Source: Chiloscyllium plagiosum
Taxonomy: Eukaryota
Reading direction: 5' to 3'
Length of the DNA stretch: 60,643 nucleotides
Assembly: GCF_004010195.1 (NCBI RefSeq)
Contig: NC_057760.1
Coordinates: 1,864,776 to 1,925,418, forward strand
Shown here: positions 1-11,760 of the stretch, in pieces
How the letters are laid out: every line of letters begins with the position of its first letter
Numbering within the stretch: position 1 is the stretch's first letter
The notes under the pieces: model-generated
What the model was told of the DNA's origin: nothing
Databases searched by the model: none
The model's input: only the letters and a program-made list of their open reading frames with translations
Position numbers and translations under genes: made by a program

Positions 1-693
1 GCAGCGCTCTGATCTAATCCCATTAGTATGCAGTTTCAATAACCCAGGCCCCACTTATATAAATCCAATTAATAAGAATAGTAAATTAAACTTAGTCTCT
101 CGAGGTTCACACAGAATGGATCGTACTGGATTTTCTGTATTTTACGTTCCGCTGATTGTACTGTCAGGCATGTTTTCTCTACGAATCATCTGTTCTCAAA
201 GCCTCGCTCTTTAAATTCTGGTGTCAACAATATTTGCTAAATGTGCCACATACGTTTCAGATGGACAGTGTTTTTTTTAAGAGAGCTTTCTTGTGGAGAT
301 TTCTTGTGAAAGCCTGATATCTCTTTCTCAGATAGCACTTTACTCTCATCGCTTTAGATGACAGTTCTTTCTCCCTCTAACTTTTAAATACATGCTTCTT
401 TTATCCCCATGATTATATTTTAATTTCTTTACAATCGGATTGGTTCGAGGTTGTCAAAGTCATCAGATTTGAATTTAGTTGATCCTTAGTCTCCAAGTGC
501 CTTTGTGAATTAATTGGCTGAATTTAAACTGTTGTCTGGGTAAAAATGCTGCTTGGGCCTACGAACTGAACAGCTTTTTGAGACATTGTCAATTCGAGCA
601 CCTGCAGCTGCTCACAGACATTTATTTTTAAATCTCGAAGCAGCAAGGGACGTCACAGTGCTTACCCCAATTTACAATTTCCCCATTTTTACA
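1..693. mobile_element. Partial LTR-like sequence, truncated by the window edge
   Basis: Positions 410-535 (tcggattggttcg...aattggctgaatttaaactgttgtc) resemble the LTRs at 10140-10290 and 15300-15430. The right boundary (657 or 693) is uncertain. Confidence 0.45.
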
Positions 694-759
694 GACCAAC
701 TTCGTGGCAATAGGGACAGTTTGGAGAGAGCTTTAGAGGTAGCATTGCTCTGTAGCTAA

Positions 760-1292
760 TACTGTGCTGTCCCTGTCTTGGGAGAGTATAATAGGGGCAG
801 TGTAGAAGGAGTTTTACTCTGTATCTAACATGGTGCTGTCCCTGTATCCATGTCCTTGGAGTGTTTGATCAGGGACAATGTAGAGGGAGCTTTACTCTGT
901 ATCTAACCCCATGCTGTCCCTGTCCCTTGGAGTGTTTGATGGAGGCACAGTGTAGAGGGAACTTTACTCTGAATCTAACCCCGTGCTGTCCCTGTCCCTG
1001 GGAGTGTTTGATCAGGGACAATGTAGAGGGAGCTTTACTCTGTATCTAACCCCATGCTGTCCCTGTCCCTTGGAGTGTTTGATGGAGGCACAGTGTAGAG
1101 GGAACTTTACTCTGAATCTAACCCCGTGCTGTCCCTGTCCCTGGGAGTGTTTGATGGGGGACAGTGTAGAGGGAGAGTTACTCTGTATCTAACCCCGTGC
1201 TGTCCCTGTCCCAGGGTGTGTTTGATGGGGGGACAGTGTAGAGGGAGCTTTACTCTGTATCTAACCCCGTGCTGTCTCTGTCCCTGGGCGTG
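760..1292 (+). repeat. ~70-72 bp minisatellite array (ctttactctgtatctaaccccgtgctgtccctgtcc...gggagtgtttgatgggggacagtgtagagggag)
   Basis: Tandem units are directly visible. Confidence 0.95.
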
Positions 1293-1335
1293 TTTAATAA
1301 AGAGGTCTAAGCTAATCCGTGTGTGTTGATTTCAG

Positions 1336-1611
1336 CATCGGGGTAATGAGGATATCATGGTGAGACTGAAGACCACTCCAGCATCGATGAGGAAGTGTCT
1401 GGATAAAAAGGCCTGTGAGCTGATCAGGGATTTCCAGTCACATCTGTTGCTGAGTGAGGGGGAGAGTGAGAAGGAGGTCACTGAATTGAAGGAACATCTG
1501 AATGAGATGATTGAGAACTTCTGCATATCACACGGGAATACATTCACCTCAGCAATCGAGAAACTGAGGCAGGAGAAACTGAAAGAGTTTGAAAGTTTCA
1601 TCAATCAACAG
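1336..1611 (+). CDS. Internal coding exon, copy 1: 92-codon helical module, RNF112/atlastin-GBP-like stalk (tentative)
   Basis: Acceptor ttgatttcAG (1334-35) with an upstream CTAAT branch-like motif and donor CAG|GTAAGT (1612). The exon is 276 nt, open, phase 0-0: HRGNEDIMVRLKTTPASMRKCLDKK...KLKEFESFINQQ. The family call rests on recalled similarity and was not searched. Confidence 0.75.
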
Positions 1612-1649
1612 GTAAGTCAAATAAAACAAGAACAAAGCATTTAAGTATT

Positions 1650-1933
1650 GCAGTGTGGAGGGAGCTTTACTCCGTATCTAACCCCGTGCTGTCCCTGTCC
1701 TGGGAGTGTTTGATGGAGGCACAGTGTAGAGGGAGCTTTACTCCGTATCTAACCCCATGCTGTCCCTGTCCTGGGAGTGTTTGATGGGGGGGACAGTGTA
1801 GAGGCAGCTTTACTCCGTATCTAACCCCGTGCTGTCCCTGTCCTGGGAGTGTTTGATGGGGGGGACAGTGTAGAGGGAGCTTTACTCTGAATCTAACTCC
1901 CTGCTATCCCTGTCCTGGGAGTATTTGATGGGG
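1650..1933 (+). repeat. 72-bp-family minisatellite in the intron between exon copies 1 and 2
   Basis: About four tandem units. Confidence 0.95.
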
Positions 1934-1984
1934 ATGTCAAAGCTGAGCATTTCTCTCAATTTAATCTGCATGTATTGATTTCAG

Positions 1985-2251
1985 CAGCAGGATAACAAGG
2001 ATATACTGAAGAACACTCCAGCATCGATGAGGAAGTGTCTGGATAAAAAGGCCTGTGAGCTGATCAGGGATTTCCAGTCACATCTGTTGCAGAGTGAGGG
2101 GGAGAGTGAGAAGGAGGTCACTGAATTGAAGGAACATCTGACTGACAAGATTGAGAAATTCTACAGATTGTACCGGAATACATTCGCCTCAGCAATCGAG
2201 AAACTGAGGCAGGAGAAACTGAAAGAGTTTGAAAGTTTCATCAATCAACAA
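1985..2251 (+). CDS. Internal coding exon, copy 2 (89 codons) of the same module
   Basis: Acceptor gtattgatttcAG (1983-84) and donor CAA|GTAAGT (2252). The exon is 267 nt, open, phase 0-0, and 9 nt shorter in frame than the other copies: QQDNKDILKNTPASMRK...FINQQ. Confidence 0.75.
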
Positions 2252-2289
2252 GTAAGTCAAATAAAACAAGAACAAAGCATTTGAGTATT

Positions 2290-2789
2290 GCAGTGTGGAG
2301 GGAGCTTTACTCCGTATCTAACCGCGTGCTGTCCCTGTCCTGGGAGTGTTTGATGGGGGGGACAGTGTAGAGGAAGCTTTACTCCGTATCTAACACCGTG
2401 CTGTCCCTGTCCTGGGAGTGTATGATGGGGGGGACAGTGTAGAGGGCGCTTTACTCTGAATCTAATCCTGTGCTGTCCCTGTCCTGGGAGTGTTTGATGG
2501 GGGGACAGTGTAGAGGGAGCTTTACTCTGAATCTAACCCCATGTTGTCCCTGTCCTGGGAGTGTTTGAAGAGGGGACAGAGTAGAGGGAGCTTTACTCCG
2601 TATCTAACCCCGTGCTGTCCCTGTCCCTGGGAGCGTTTTATGGAGGACAGTGTAGAGGCAGCTTTACTCTGTATCTAACCCCGTGCTGTCCCTGTCCTGG
2701 GAGCGTTTGATGTGGGGACAGTGTAGAGGGAGCTTTACTTTGTATCTAACCCCGTGCTGTCCCTGGAATGGGGGGGACAGTGTAGAGGG
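2290..2789 (+). repeat. 72-bp-family minisatellite running into a gap
   Basis: Tandem units. Confidence 0.95.
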
Positions 2790-3289
2790 NNNNNNNNNNN
2801 NNNNNNNNNNNNNNNNNNNNNNNNNNNNNNNNNNNNNNNNNNNNNNNNNNNNNNNNNNNNNNNNNNNNNNNNNNNNNNNNNNNNNNNNNNNNNNNNNNNN
2901 NNNNNNNNNNNNNNNNNNNNNNNNNNNNNNNNNNNNNNNNNNNNNNNNNNNNNNNNNNNNNNNNNNNNNNNNNNNNNNNNNNNNNNNNNNNNNNNNNNNN
3001 NNNNNNNNNNNNNNNNNNNNNNNNNNNNNNNNNNNNNNNNNNNNNNNNNNNNNNNNNNNNNNNNNNNNNNNNNNNNNNNNNNNNNNNNNNNNNNNNNNNN
3101 NNNNNNNNNNNNNNNNNNNNNNNNNNNNNNNNNNNNNNNNNNNNNNNNNNNNNNNNNNNNNNNNNNNNNNNNNNNNNNNNNNNNNNNNNNNNNNNNNNNN
3201 NNNNNNNNNNNNNNNNNNNNNNNNNNNNNNNNNNNNNNNNNNNNNNNNNNNNNNNNNNNNNNNNNNNNNNNNNNNNNNNNNNNNNNNNN
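2790..3289. other. Assembly gap (500 N)
   Basis: N run. The round size suggests a placeholder length. Confidence 0.99.
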
Positions 3290-3771
3290 TCCCAGGACAC
3301 GAACAGCACGGGGTTAGATACAGAGTAAAGCTCCCTCTATACTGTCCCCCCATCAAACACTCCCAGAACAGGGACAGCACAGGGTTAGATACAGAGTAAA
3401 GCTCACTCTACACTGACCCCCATCAATCATTCCCACAGACAGTGTGAGCTCGGTGTTAGATACAGAGTTATGGTCCCTCTACACTGACCCCCATCCCAGG
3501 GACAGCACGGGGTGAGATACAGAGTAAAGCTCCCTCTACACTGTCCCCACCAACCCAGGACAGGGACAGCACAGGGGAAGAGACAGAGTAAAACTCCCTC
3601 TACACTGTCCCCCATCAAACACCCCCAGGACAGGGACAGCACAGGGTTAGATACAGAGTAAAGCTCCCTCGACACTGTACCCCCCATCAAACACGCCCAG
3701 GACAGGGGCAGCATGGAGTTAGATAGAGAGTAAAGCTCTCTCTACACTGTCCCCCAACAAACACTCCCAGG
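3290..3771 (-). repeat. 72-bp-family minisatellite, opposite orientation to the array left of the gap
   Basis: gggttagatacagagtaaagctccctctacactgtccccc units. Confidence 0.95.
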
Positions 3772-4285
3772 AAAATCATGTCTCACAAACTTGATTGAGG
3801 TTTTTGAAGAAGTAACAAAGAAGATTGATGAGGGTAGAGCAATAGATGGGAACTATATGGACGTCAGTCAGGCATTCGACAAGGTTCCCCATGGGAGACT
3901 GATTAGCAAGGTCAGATCTCATGGAATACAGGGGGAACTAGCCATTTGGATACAGAACTGGCTCAAAGGTAGAAGACAAAGGGTGGTAGTGGAGGGTTGT
4001 TCTTCACACTGGAGGCCTATGACCAGCGGAGTGCCACAAGGATCAGTGCTGGCCCCTCTACCTTTTGTCATTTATATAAATGATTGCTGCCAGAGGATGA
4101 GGTGGAGGCTGGTACAATTGCAATATTTAAGAGGCATTTGGATGGGTATATGAACAGGAAGGGTTTGGTAGGATATGGGCCGGGTGCTGGCAGGTGGGAC
4201 TGGATTGGGTTGGGATATCTGGTCAGCATGGACGGGATGGACCGAAGGGTCTGTTTCCATGCTGTACATTTCTATGACTCTATGA
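3772..4285 (+). mobile_element. CR1-clade LINE fragment: RT segment joined by an internal deletion to the 3' end
   Basis: Translation contains [13 protein letters not shown] and [20 protein letters not shown], then [14 protein letters not shown] and a (ctatgact)n tail. Confidence 0.9.
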
Positions 4286-7200
4286 CAGGGGCAGCATGGG
4301 GTTAGATACAGAGTAATGGTCCCTCTACACTGTCCCCCATCCCAGGGACAGTACGGGGTTAGATATAGAGTAAAGCTCTCCCTACACTGTCCCCCAGCAA
4401 AGAGTGTTCAGGACAGGGACAGCATGGGGTTGGATACAGAGTAAAGTTATCTCCACTTATGCCTGGACCAAATCCTCGTAGGACAGGGACAGCATGGAGC
4501 TAGATACAGAGTAATGGTCCCACTACGCTGTCCCCCATCCCAAGGAAAGCACGGGGTTAGATACAGCGTAAAGTTCCATCTGCAATGTATCCCATCAAAC
4601 ACGCCCAGGACATGGGCAGCACGGGGTTAGATACAGAGAAAAGCTCCATCCACACTGTACCCCCATCAAACACTCACAGGACAGGAGCAGCACGGGATTA
4701 GATACAGAGTAATGGTCTCTCTACACTGTCCCCCACCCCAGGGAAAGCACGGGGTTAGACAAAGCATAAAGTTCCATCTACACTGTCCCCTCATCAAACA
4801 CTCCCAGGGCAGGGGCAGCACGGGATGAGATACAGAGTAAAGCTACCTCTATACTGTTCCCCCATCCCAGCGAGAGCACGGGGTGAGATACAGTGTATAG
4901 ATACAATGTAAAGCTAAATCTACACTGATCCCCCCATCAAACACTCCCAGGGACAGGGACAGCATGGGATTAGATACAGAGTAAAGCTCCCTCTACACTG
5001 TCCCCCACCCCAGGGAAAGCACGGGGTTAGACAAAGCATAAAGTTCCATCTACACTGTCCCCCCATCAAACACTCCCAGGGCAGGGGCAGCACAGGGTTA
5101 GATACAGAGTAAAGCTCTCTCTACACTGACCCCCATCAAACACGCCCAGGGACAGGGACAGCACGGGGTTAGATACAGAGTAAAGCTCCCTCTACACTGA
5201 CCCCCATCAAACACGCCCAGGGACAGGGACAGCATGGGGTTAGATACAGAGTAAAGCTCTCTCTACACTGACCCCCATCAAACACTCCCAGGGACAAGGA
5301 CAGCACAGGGTTAGATACAGAGTAAAGCTTCCTCTACACTGTCCCCCCATCAAACACTCCCAGGGACAGGGACAGCATGAGGTTAGATACAGAGTAAAGC
5401 TCCCTCTACACTGTCCCCCCATCAAACACTCCCAGGGACAGGGACAGCACAGGGTTAGATACAGAGTAAAGCTCTCTCTACACTGTCACCCCATCAAACA
5501 CTCCCAGGGACAGGGACAGCACGGGGTTAGATACAGAGTAAAGCTCCCTCTACACTGTCACCCCATCAAACACTCCCAGGACAGGGACAGCACGGGGTGA
5601 GATACAGAGTAAAGCTCCCTTTACACTGATCCCCCATCAAACACTCCCAGGACAGGGACAGCACGGGGTTAGATACAGATAAAGCTAAATCTACACTGTC
5701 CTCACAATCCTGGACAGGGTCAGCATGAGGTTAGATACAGAGTAATGGTCCCACTACGCTGTCCCCCATCCCAGAAACAGCACGGGGTTAGATACAAAGT
5801 AATGGTCCCTCTACATTGCCCGCATCCCAGGGACAGCACGGGGTTAGATACAGAGTATAGCTCACTCTACACTGTTCCCCATACCAGTGAGAGCATGGGG
5901 TTAGATACAGAGTAAAGCTCACTCTACACTGTCCTCACCATCTCAGGACAGGGACAGCACGGGGTTGGATACAGAGTAATGGTCTCTCGACACTGTCCCC
6001 CACCCCAGGGAAAGCACGGGGTTAGATAAAGCAGAAAGTTCCGTCCACACTGTCCCCCCATCAAACACTCCCAGGGCAGGGGCAGCACGGGGTTAGATAT
6101 AGAGTAAAGCTCCCTCTACACTGTCCCCTTTAAACACTGCCAGGACAGAGACAGCACAGGGTTAGATTCAGAGTAAAGCTCCATCCACACTGTCCCCCCA
6201 TCAAACACTCCCAGGGACAGGGACAGCACGGGGTTAGATACAGAGTAAAGCTCCCTCTACACTGTTCCCCATCAAACACCCACAGGGACAGGGACAATAT
6301 GGGGTTAGATACAGAGTAAAGCTCCCTCTACACTGTCCCCCATCAAACACTCCCAGGGACAGGGACAGCATGGGGTTAGATACAGAGTAAAGCTCCCTCT
6401 ACACTGTCCCCCCCATCAAACACTCCCAGGGACAGGGACAGCACAGGGTTAGATACAGAGTAAAGCTCCCTCTACACTGTCCCCCATCCCAGCGAGAGCA
6501 CGGGGTTAGATACAGAGTAAAGCTAAATCTATACTGTCCCCACCATCCCAGGACACGGACAGCACGGGGTTAGATACAGAGTAAAGCTCCCTCTACACTG
6601 TCCCCCATCCCAGCGAGAGCATGGGGTTAGATACAGAGTAAAGCTCCCTCTACACTGTCCTCCCATCAAACACTCCCAGGGACAGGGACAGCACAGGGTT
6701 AGATACAGAGTAAAGCTCCCTCTACACTGACCCCCATCAATCATTCCCACAGACAGTGACAGCACGGGGTTAGATACAGAGTTATGGTCCCTCTACACTG
6801 ACCCCCATCCCAGGGACAGCACGGGGTGAGATACAGAGTAAAGCTCCCTCTACACTGTCCCCACCAACCCAGGACAGGGACAGCACAGGGGAAGATCCAG
6901 AGTAAAGCTCCCTCTACACTGACCCCCATCAAACACTCCCAGGGACAGGGACAGCACGGGGTTAGATACAGAGTAAAGCTCCTTCTACACTGTCCCCCAT
7001 CAAACATCCCAGGACAGGGACAGCACGGGGTGAAATATTGAGTCATGCTACCTGTACACTGTCCCCCATCCCAGGGACAGCAGGGGGTTAGGCATAGAGT
7101 AAAGCTGCCTCAACACTGTCACCCTATCAAAACCTCCTGGGTCAGGGACTGCACGGGGTGAGATACAGTGTTATCCCTCCTGTACACTGTCCCGCATTCC

Positions 7201-7660
7201 AGGGAGAGTAGGGAGTTAGACACAGAGTAAATTTCCCTCTATACTGTCCATCACATCAATCACACCCAGGACAGGGACAGCTCGGGGTTAGATACAGAGT
7301 AAAGCTCCTTCTACACTGTCCCCCATCAAACACTCCCAGGGACAGGGACAGCACGGGGTTAGATACAGAGTAATGGTCCCTCCACACTGTCACCCCATCC
7401 CAAGAAAAGCAAGGGGTTAGATACAGAGTAATGCTATCACTATACTGTTCCCCCATCAAACACGCCCAGGACAGGGTCAGCACGGAGTTAGATACAGAGT
7501 AAAGCTCCCTCTACACTGTCACCCATCAAACACTCCCAGCACAGGGAAAGCATGGGGTTAGATACAGAGTAAAGCCCACTCAACACTGTCCCCCATCAAA
7601 CACGCCCAGGACAGGGACAGCACGGGGTAAGATACGGAGTAAAGCTCCCTCCACACTGCA
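4286..7660 (-). repeat. Long diverged 72-bp-family minisatellite array
   Basis: Continuous tandem units with length variants. Confidence 0.95.
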
Positions 7661-7697
7661 ATACTCAAATGCTTTGTTCTTGTTTTATTTGACTTAC

Positions 7698-7973
7698 CTG
7701 TTGATTGATGAAACTTACAAACTCTTTCAGTTTCTCCTGCCTCAGTTTCTCGATTGCTGAGGCGAATGTATTCCGGTACAAACTGTAGAATTTCTCAATC
7801 TTGTCAGTCAGATGTTCCTTCAATTCAGTGACCTCTTTCTCATTCTCCCCCTCACTCATCAACAGATATGGTCGAAAATTCTGAATCAGCTCATCTGCCT
7901 TTTTATCCAGACACTTCCTCATCGATGCTGGAGTGGTCTTCAGTATCACCATGATATCCTCATTACCCCGATG
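7698..7973 (-). CDS. Internal coding exon, copy 3 (92 codons) of the helical module
   Basis: Minus-strand acceptor atttcAG, donor CAG|GTAAGT (acttac at 7692-7697), 276 nt open: HRGNEDIMVILKTTPASMRKCLDKKADELIQNFRPYLLMS...FVSFINQQ. Confidence 0.75.
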
Positions 7974-8013
7974 CTGAAATCAACACACACGGATCAGCTT
8001 AGACCTCTTTATT

Positions 8014-8555
8014 AAACACGCCCAGGGACAGAGACAGCATGGGGTTAGATACAGAGTAAAGCTTCCTCCACACTGTCCCCCACCCTCCATCCCAGGACAG
8101 GGACAGCACAGGGTAAAGCTCCCTCTATACTGTCCCCCCATCAAACACACCCAGGGACAGGGACAGCACGGGGTTAGATACAGAGTATAGCTCCCTCTCC
8201 CCTGTCTCCCCATCAAACACTCGCCAGACAGGGACAGCACGGGGTTAGATATTGAGTAAAGGTCCATCTAAACTGTCCCCCCATGAAACACTCCCAGGGA
8301 CAGGGACAGAACGGGGTTAATTACAGAGTAAAGCTCCCTCTACACTGTCCCCCATCAAATCCTCCCAGGGATAGGGACAGTACGGGGTTAGATACAGAGT
8401 AAAGCTCCCTCTACACTGTCCTCCATCAAACACTCCCAGCACAGGGGCAGCACGGTGTTAGATATAGAGTAAAGCTCCTTCTACACTGTCCCCCCATGAA
8501 ACACTCGCCAGGCGGGGACAGCATGCGGTTAGATTCTGAGTAAAGGTCCATCTCC
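8014..8555 (-). repeat. 72-bp-family minisatellite
   Basis: Tandem units. Confidence 0.93.
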
Positions 8556-9485
8556 AGGTTTTTAAGGAGCAGGGTGAGCAGCCAAAAGTATTGGTACACA
8601 TCGGTACAATGATATGGGTAGGAAAAGGGTGGAGGACCTGGAAAGAGAATATGGGGAGTTTAGGTTGGAAGCTAAGAAGTAGGATGACCAGAGTAGTAAT
8701 CTCAGGATTGCTACCAGTGCCATGGGATCATGGGACTAGGAACAGAGAGTGAGTGCAGCAAAACACGTAGCTGCAGGGCTGGTTTGGGAAGGAGGAATTC
8801 AGATATATAGATCATTGGGATACCTTCTGGGGAAGGTGGGACCTGTACAAGAAGGACAGGTTGCACCTGAACTGGAGGGGCACCAATACCCTGGGCAGGA
8901 GGTTCGGGAGAGTTTAAACGAGTTTGGCAGGGAGGTGGGAACTGGAGCCATGGATCAGAGGATGGGATAGCTGGTGAACAGGCAGACACAGCATGCAGAG
9001 ATTCTGTGAGGAAAGATAGAGATTTGATAGGGCAAAGATGCAGTCAGTGTGATGTGTTGAAGTGTATCTATTTATTGGGAGTTTTCTAGAGAACCCCCAG
9101 TAGCAACAGAGACACAGAGGAGCAGATTGGTCAGCAGATTTTGGAAAGATGCAGAAGTAACAGGGTTGTTGTCATGAGTGACTGCAACTTCCCTAATATT
9201 GAATGGTATGTCCTTGGTGCAAATAGTTGGATGGAGCAGATTTTGTCAGGTGTGTCCAGGAAGGATTCCTGACTCAATATGTAGATAGGCCGACTAGAGG
9301 GGAGGCCATATTGAATTTGGTGCTTAGCAATGAGCCAGATCATCGGAGGGAGAGCATTTTGGTGACAGTGATCACAACTCCCTGACCTTTACTATAGTCA
9401 TGGAGAGGAATAGGAGCAGTCAGTGTGGGAAAGTATTTAATTGGGGTAGGGGGAATTACAATATTATCAGGCAGGAACTGTGCAG
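8556..9485 (+). mobile_element. CR1-clade LINE 5' part: degenerate ORF1 esterase-like region and ORF2 AP-endonuclease pieces
   Basis: Motif remnants VLVHIGT, VVISGLLPVP, DRLHLNWRGTN (ORF1) and DCNFPNIEW, ILNLVLSNEP, FGDSDHNSLTF (endonuclease), broken by frameshifts and deletions. Confidence 0.85.
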
Positions 9486-10412
9486 TGTTACGACACGGGG
9501 TAAACCCCTCTGCTAATTTAAACCCGACACACAGATGCTCACCTCGTGCCATAATCTGTTAAAATTCAAGAGGCAAAGAACTATCCCAGAGGTCACTATT
9601 TAAAGTAAAATTTAACAATTTTATTCTTTAAGTCCTACAGGGAACATTAAAACAACAGCTATTTCCAACTTCTTTCTCTTAAAGCTATCTTGGATCTCCC
9701 ACTCTACAATACTGGTCTGATAAAAGCTGAAAATGTGTTGCTGGAAAAGTGCAGCAGGTCAGGCAGCATCCAAGGAGCAGGAGAATCGACGTTTCGGGCA
9801 TGAGCCCTCCTTCAGGAATCCTGCTCCTTGGATGCTGCCTGACCTGCTGCGCTTTTCCAGCAACACATTTTCAGCTCTGACCTCCAGCATCTGCAGACCT
9901 CACTTTCTCCTGGTCTGATAAAAAACCCTGATTAAATTTGCAACAACATTCAACTTTCAAAACCAGCCGTCTCAGAATCTTCTCTTTGTATCTTCCTCTA
10001 TAGATTTTCCTCTGTCATCTTTTCTTCAGTATTCTGCTTCACAGGTCTCCATATGAAGAGGTTCCCTTCAGACACTTATCCATCTTACAGTCGAGACTTG
10101 TTGGTGCTTGGCAGTTCACCCCCTAACTGTACAAAATGTCTGGTTTCATACCCCAAAACATCGGATCATTTCATTGGGTTTGATGTCATCAAAAACATTA
10201 TATTTCAAATTTGATGTGAGTTTGGTATTTTGGGGCATAATTTACACTGAGTGGCTCAATTTGAATTTGTCTCTGTTCCACAGCAACACAACTATTTGTT
10301 TCGACCAAGTGTTAGAATTTTACCTTGTTCAGGACCCTCTGCGCTTTCAGTCAGTCCTTGCTCACTTTTCAATTCTCTTAAAGGAACAGTACACACCTAC
10401 ACCTTCATAACA
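9486..10412 (-). repeat. 3' LTR of the Gypsy element, interrupted at 9726-9909
   Basis: TGTTA...TAACA termini, adjacent to the polypurine tract at 10413-10423. Confidence 0.85.
9726..9909. mobile_element. Foldback Penelope-end mini-element with a hammerhead-like core
   Basis: Inverted arms gctgaaaatgtgttgctggaaaag / cttttccagcaacacattttcagc and a 14-bp TSD ctggtctgataaaa (9712-9725, 9910-9923). The minus-strand core reads CTGAAGG-A-GGGC-TCAT-GCCC-GAAAC-GTC, with one core change. Confidence 0.75.
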
Positions 10413-10423
10413 CCTCCCTCTTT
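10413..10423 (-). promoter_or_regulatory. Polypurine tract of the Gypsy element
   Basis: AAAGAGGGAGG on the minus strand immediately before the LTR TG. Confidence 0.85.
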
Positions 10424-10579
10424 AAGAAAAATGAACCATCATAATAACAAGATAGCTTTTTTTCCCTCTATTCTTTAACCACATTACCATAACTTACAGA
10501 GAACTTTAATCTAAGTTCATTTTGAACTTCTCACCATATATGTAACATTGGATGAATACCAATCTCATCAGTTAAATCT

Positions 10580-11760
10580 GCGATAACGCATTTTCTTACG
10601 ACCTGATTTGATGTGAATTGAAAGTCTGTAACATGAAACTCCAATGAAATAGTCTCACATTCTTTCTTTCAAGTGTTCCAAGAATGTAAGAGGATTGTGA
10701 TCCGTGTACAAACCTTCTCCAACACACTGTTCATGATATACACATTAAAATGTTATAAGGCCAGTACCAATCTCAATAATACTTTTTCAATCGTGGAGTA
10801 TTTCCTCAGGTGGATGCTGAGTTTCTTTGAAAAGTAACCAACTGGCAGTTCGATCCTATCCTCATCTTCCTGTAGCAATACACCTTCAACTCCTCGGTCA
10901 CTAGCACTGATGGCAACTTTGAAGGGTTTAGAAAAGTTTGGAGTAACTCAAATTGGAGCAGGGGTTCATATTGCTTTTAAATGGTCGAATGCCTCCTGGT
11001 ATTGTTCTGTCCACCGAAACTTTATGTTCTATCCCAAGAACATCACCTCTGCTTTCGTGAATTCAGTTTTATTTACGTTTATCACCAGTTCTGCTTCTTG
11101 TAGTCATTCAACAAGCTCTGCCAACTGATCTTTCCAGATCTTATTAAAGATCACTACATCGTCCAAGTGGACTGTACAGTTTGTTAGCCCAGCTACAACT
11201 CTGTTCATGAGTCTTTGGAATGTGGAGGGTGCATTCTTCATTTCAAAGGACATCACTTTGAACTGATATAGCCCATTTGGGGTTACAAACGCAGAAATTT
11301 CTTTAGCCGCCTCTGATAAAGGTACCTGCCAGTAACCATGCAGTAAGTCCAACTTGATGGTGTAATTGGCTTGTCCAACTTTCTCGATATAGCCCTCCAA
11401 TCTCGGTATGGAATAGGAGTCTGATTTTGTAACAGCGTTGACCTTCCGATAATCCACACAAAATCGACAAGTCCCATCCAGTTTGGGAGCTATGATAATC
11501 AGCAAACTTCACTCGCTCTGGCTTGGTTCGATGATGTCCTCCTCAAGCATATCCTCCACCTCCATCTGGACCTGTCTGGCTTTGAAAGGATTAAGCCGAT
11601 AGGGGTGTTGTTTTATTGGAACAGCATTCCTTACGTCTACTTCATGTATAAGAGCATTAGTCCTCCACATCTGATTCCTACATATGTCCTCATGCTGCAG
11701 GAACAAACCTTTTAACGGTGTTCTTTGCTCCTGAGACAGATAGCTTATTAATCTATTCCA
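10580..11760 (-). pseudogene. Gypsy RT and RNase H coding remnant
   Basis: ORFs 11509-11706 (PIKQHPYRLNP) and 11104-11505 (RT core), followed by frameshifted RNase H motifs. Confidence 0.9.

Noticed and set aside
944..1100. CACAGTG heptamers in some satellite units as V(D)J recombination signals flanking the cassette exons
   Set aside because: There is no ACAAAAACC-like nonamer at 12 or 23 nt spacing, the heptamer occurs only in minority variants, and it does not abut the exons.
861..1329. Cys-rich ORFs ([22 protein letters not shown]) here and in all 72-bp arrays
   Set aside because: They are translations of the minisatellite. Unit lengths vary and shift frame freely, so there is no coding constraint.
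1357..1644. Cassettes as stand-alone single-exon 85-116 aa genes, as drawn by the ORF track
   Set aside because: Strong splice sites bound the conserved region. The VSQIKQEQSI tail is intron read-through and differs in copy 4, and the first ATG is missing in copy 2.
2664..3399. Long ORFs of 175-262 aa across 2790-3289 and 27269-27768
   Set aside because: They are open only because of N runs. Only the LFMIDNG start at 27789 is real.
9733..9918. Recurrent MCCWKSAAGQAAS ORFs (also 59593-59934)
   Set aside because: They are chance translations of the foldback mini-element.
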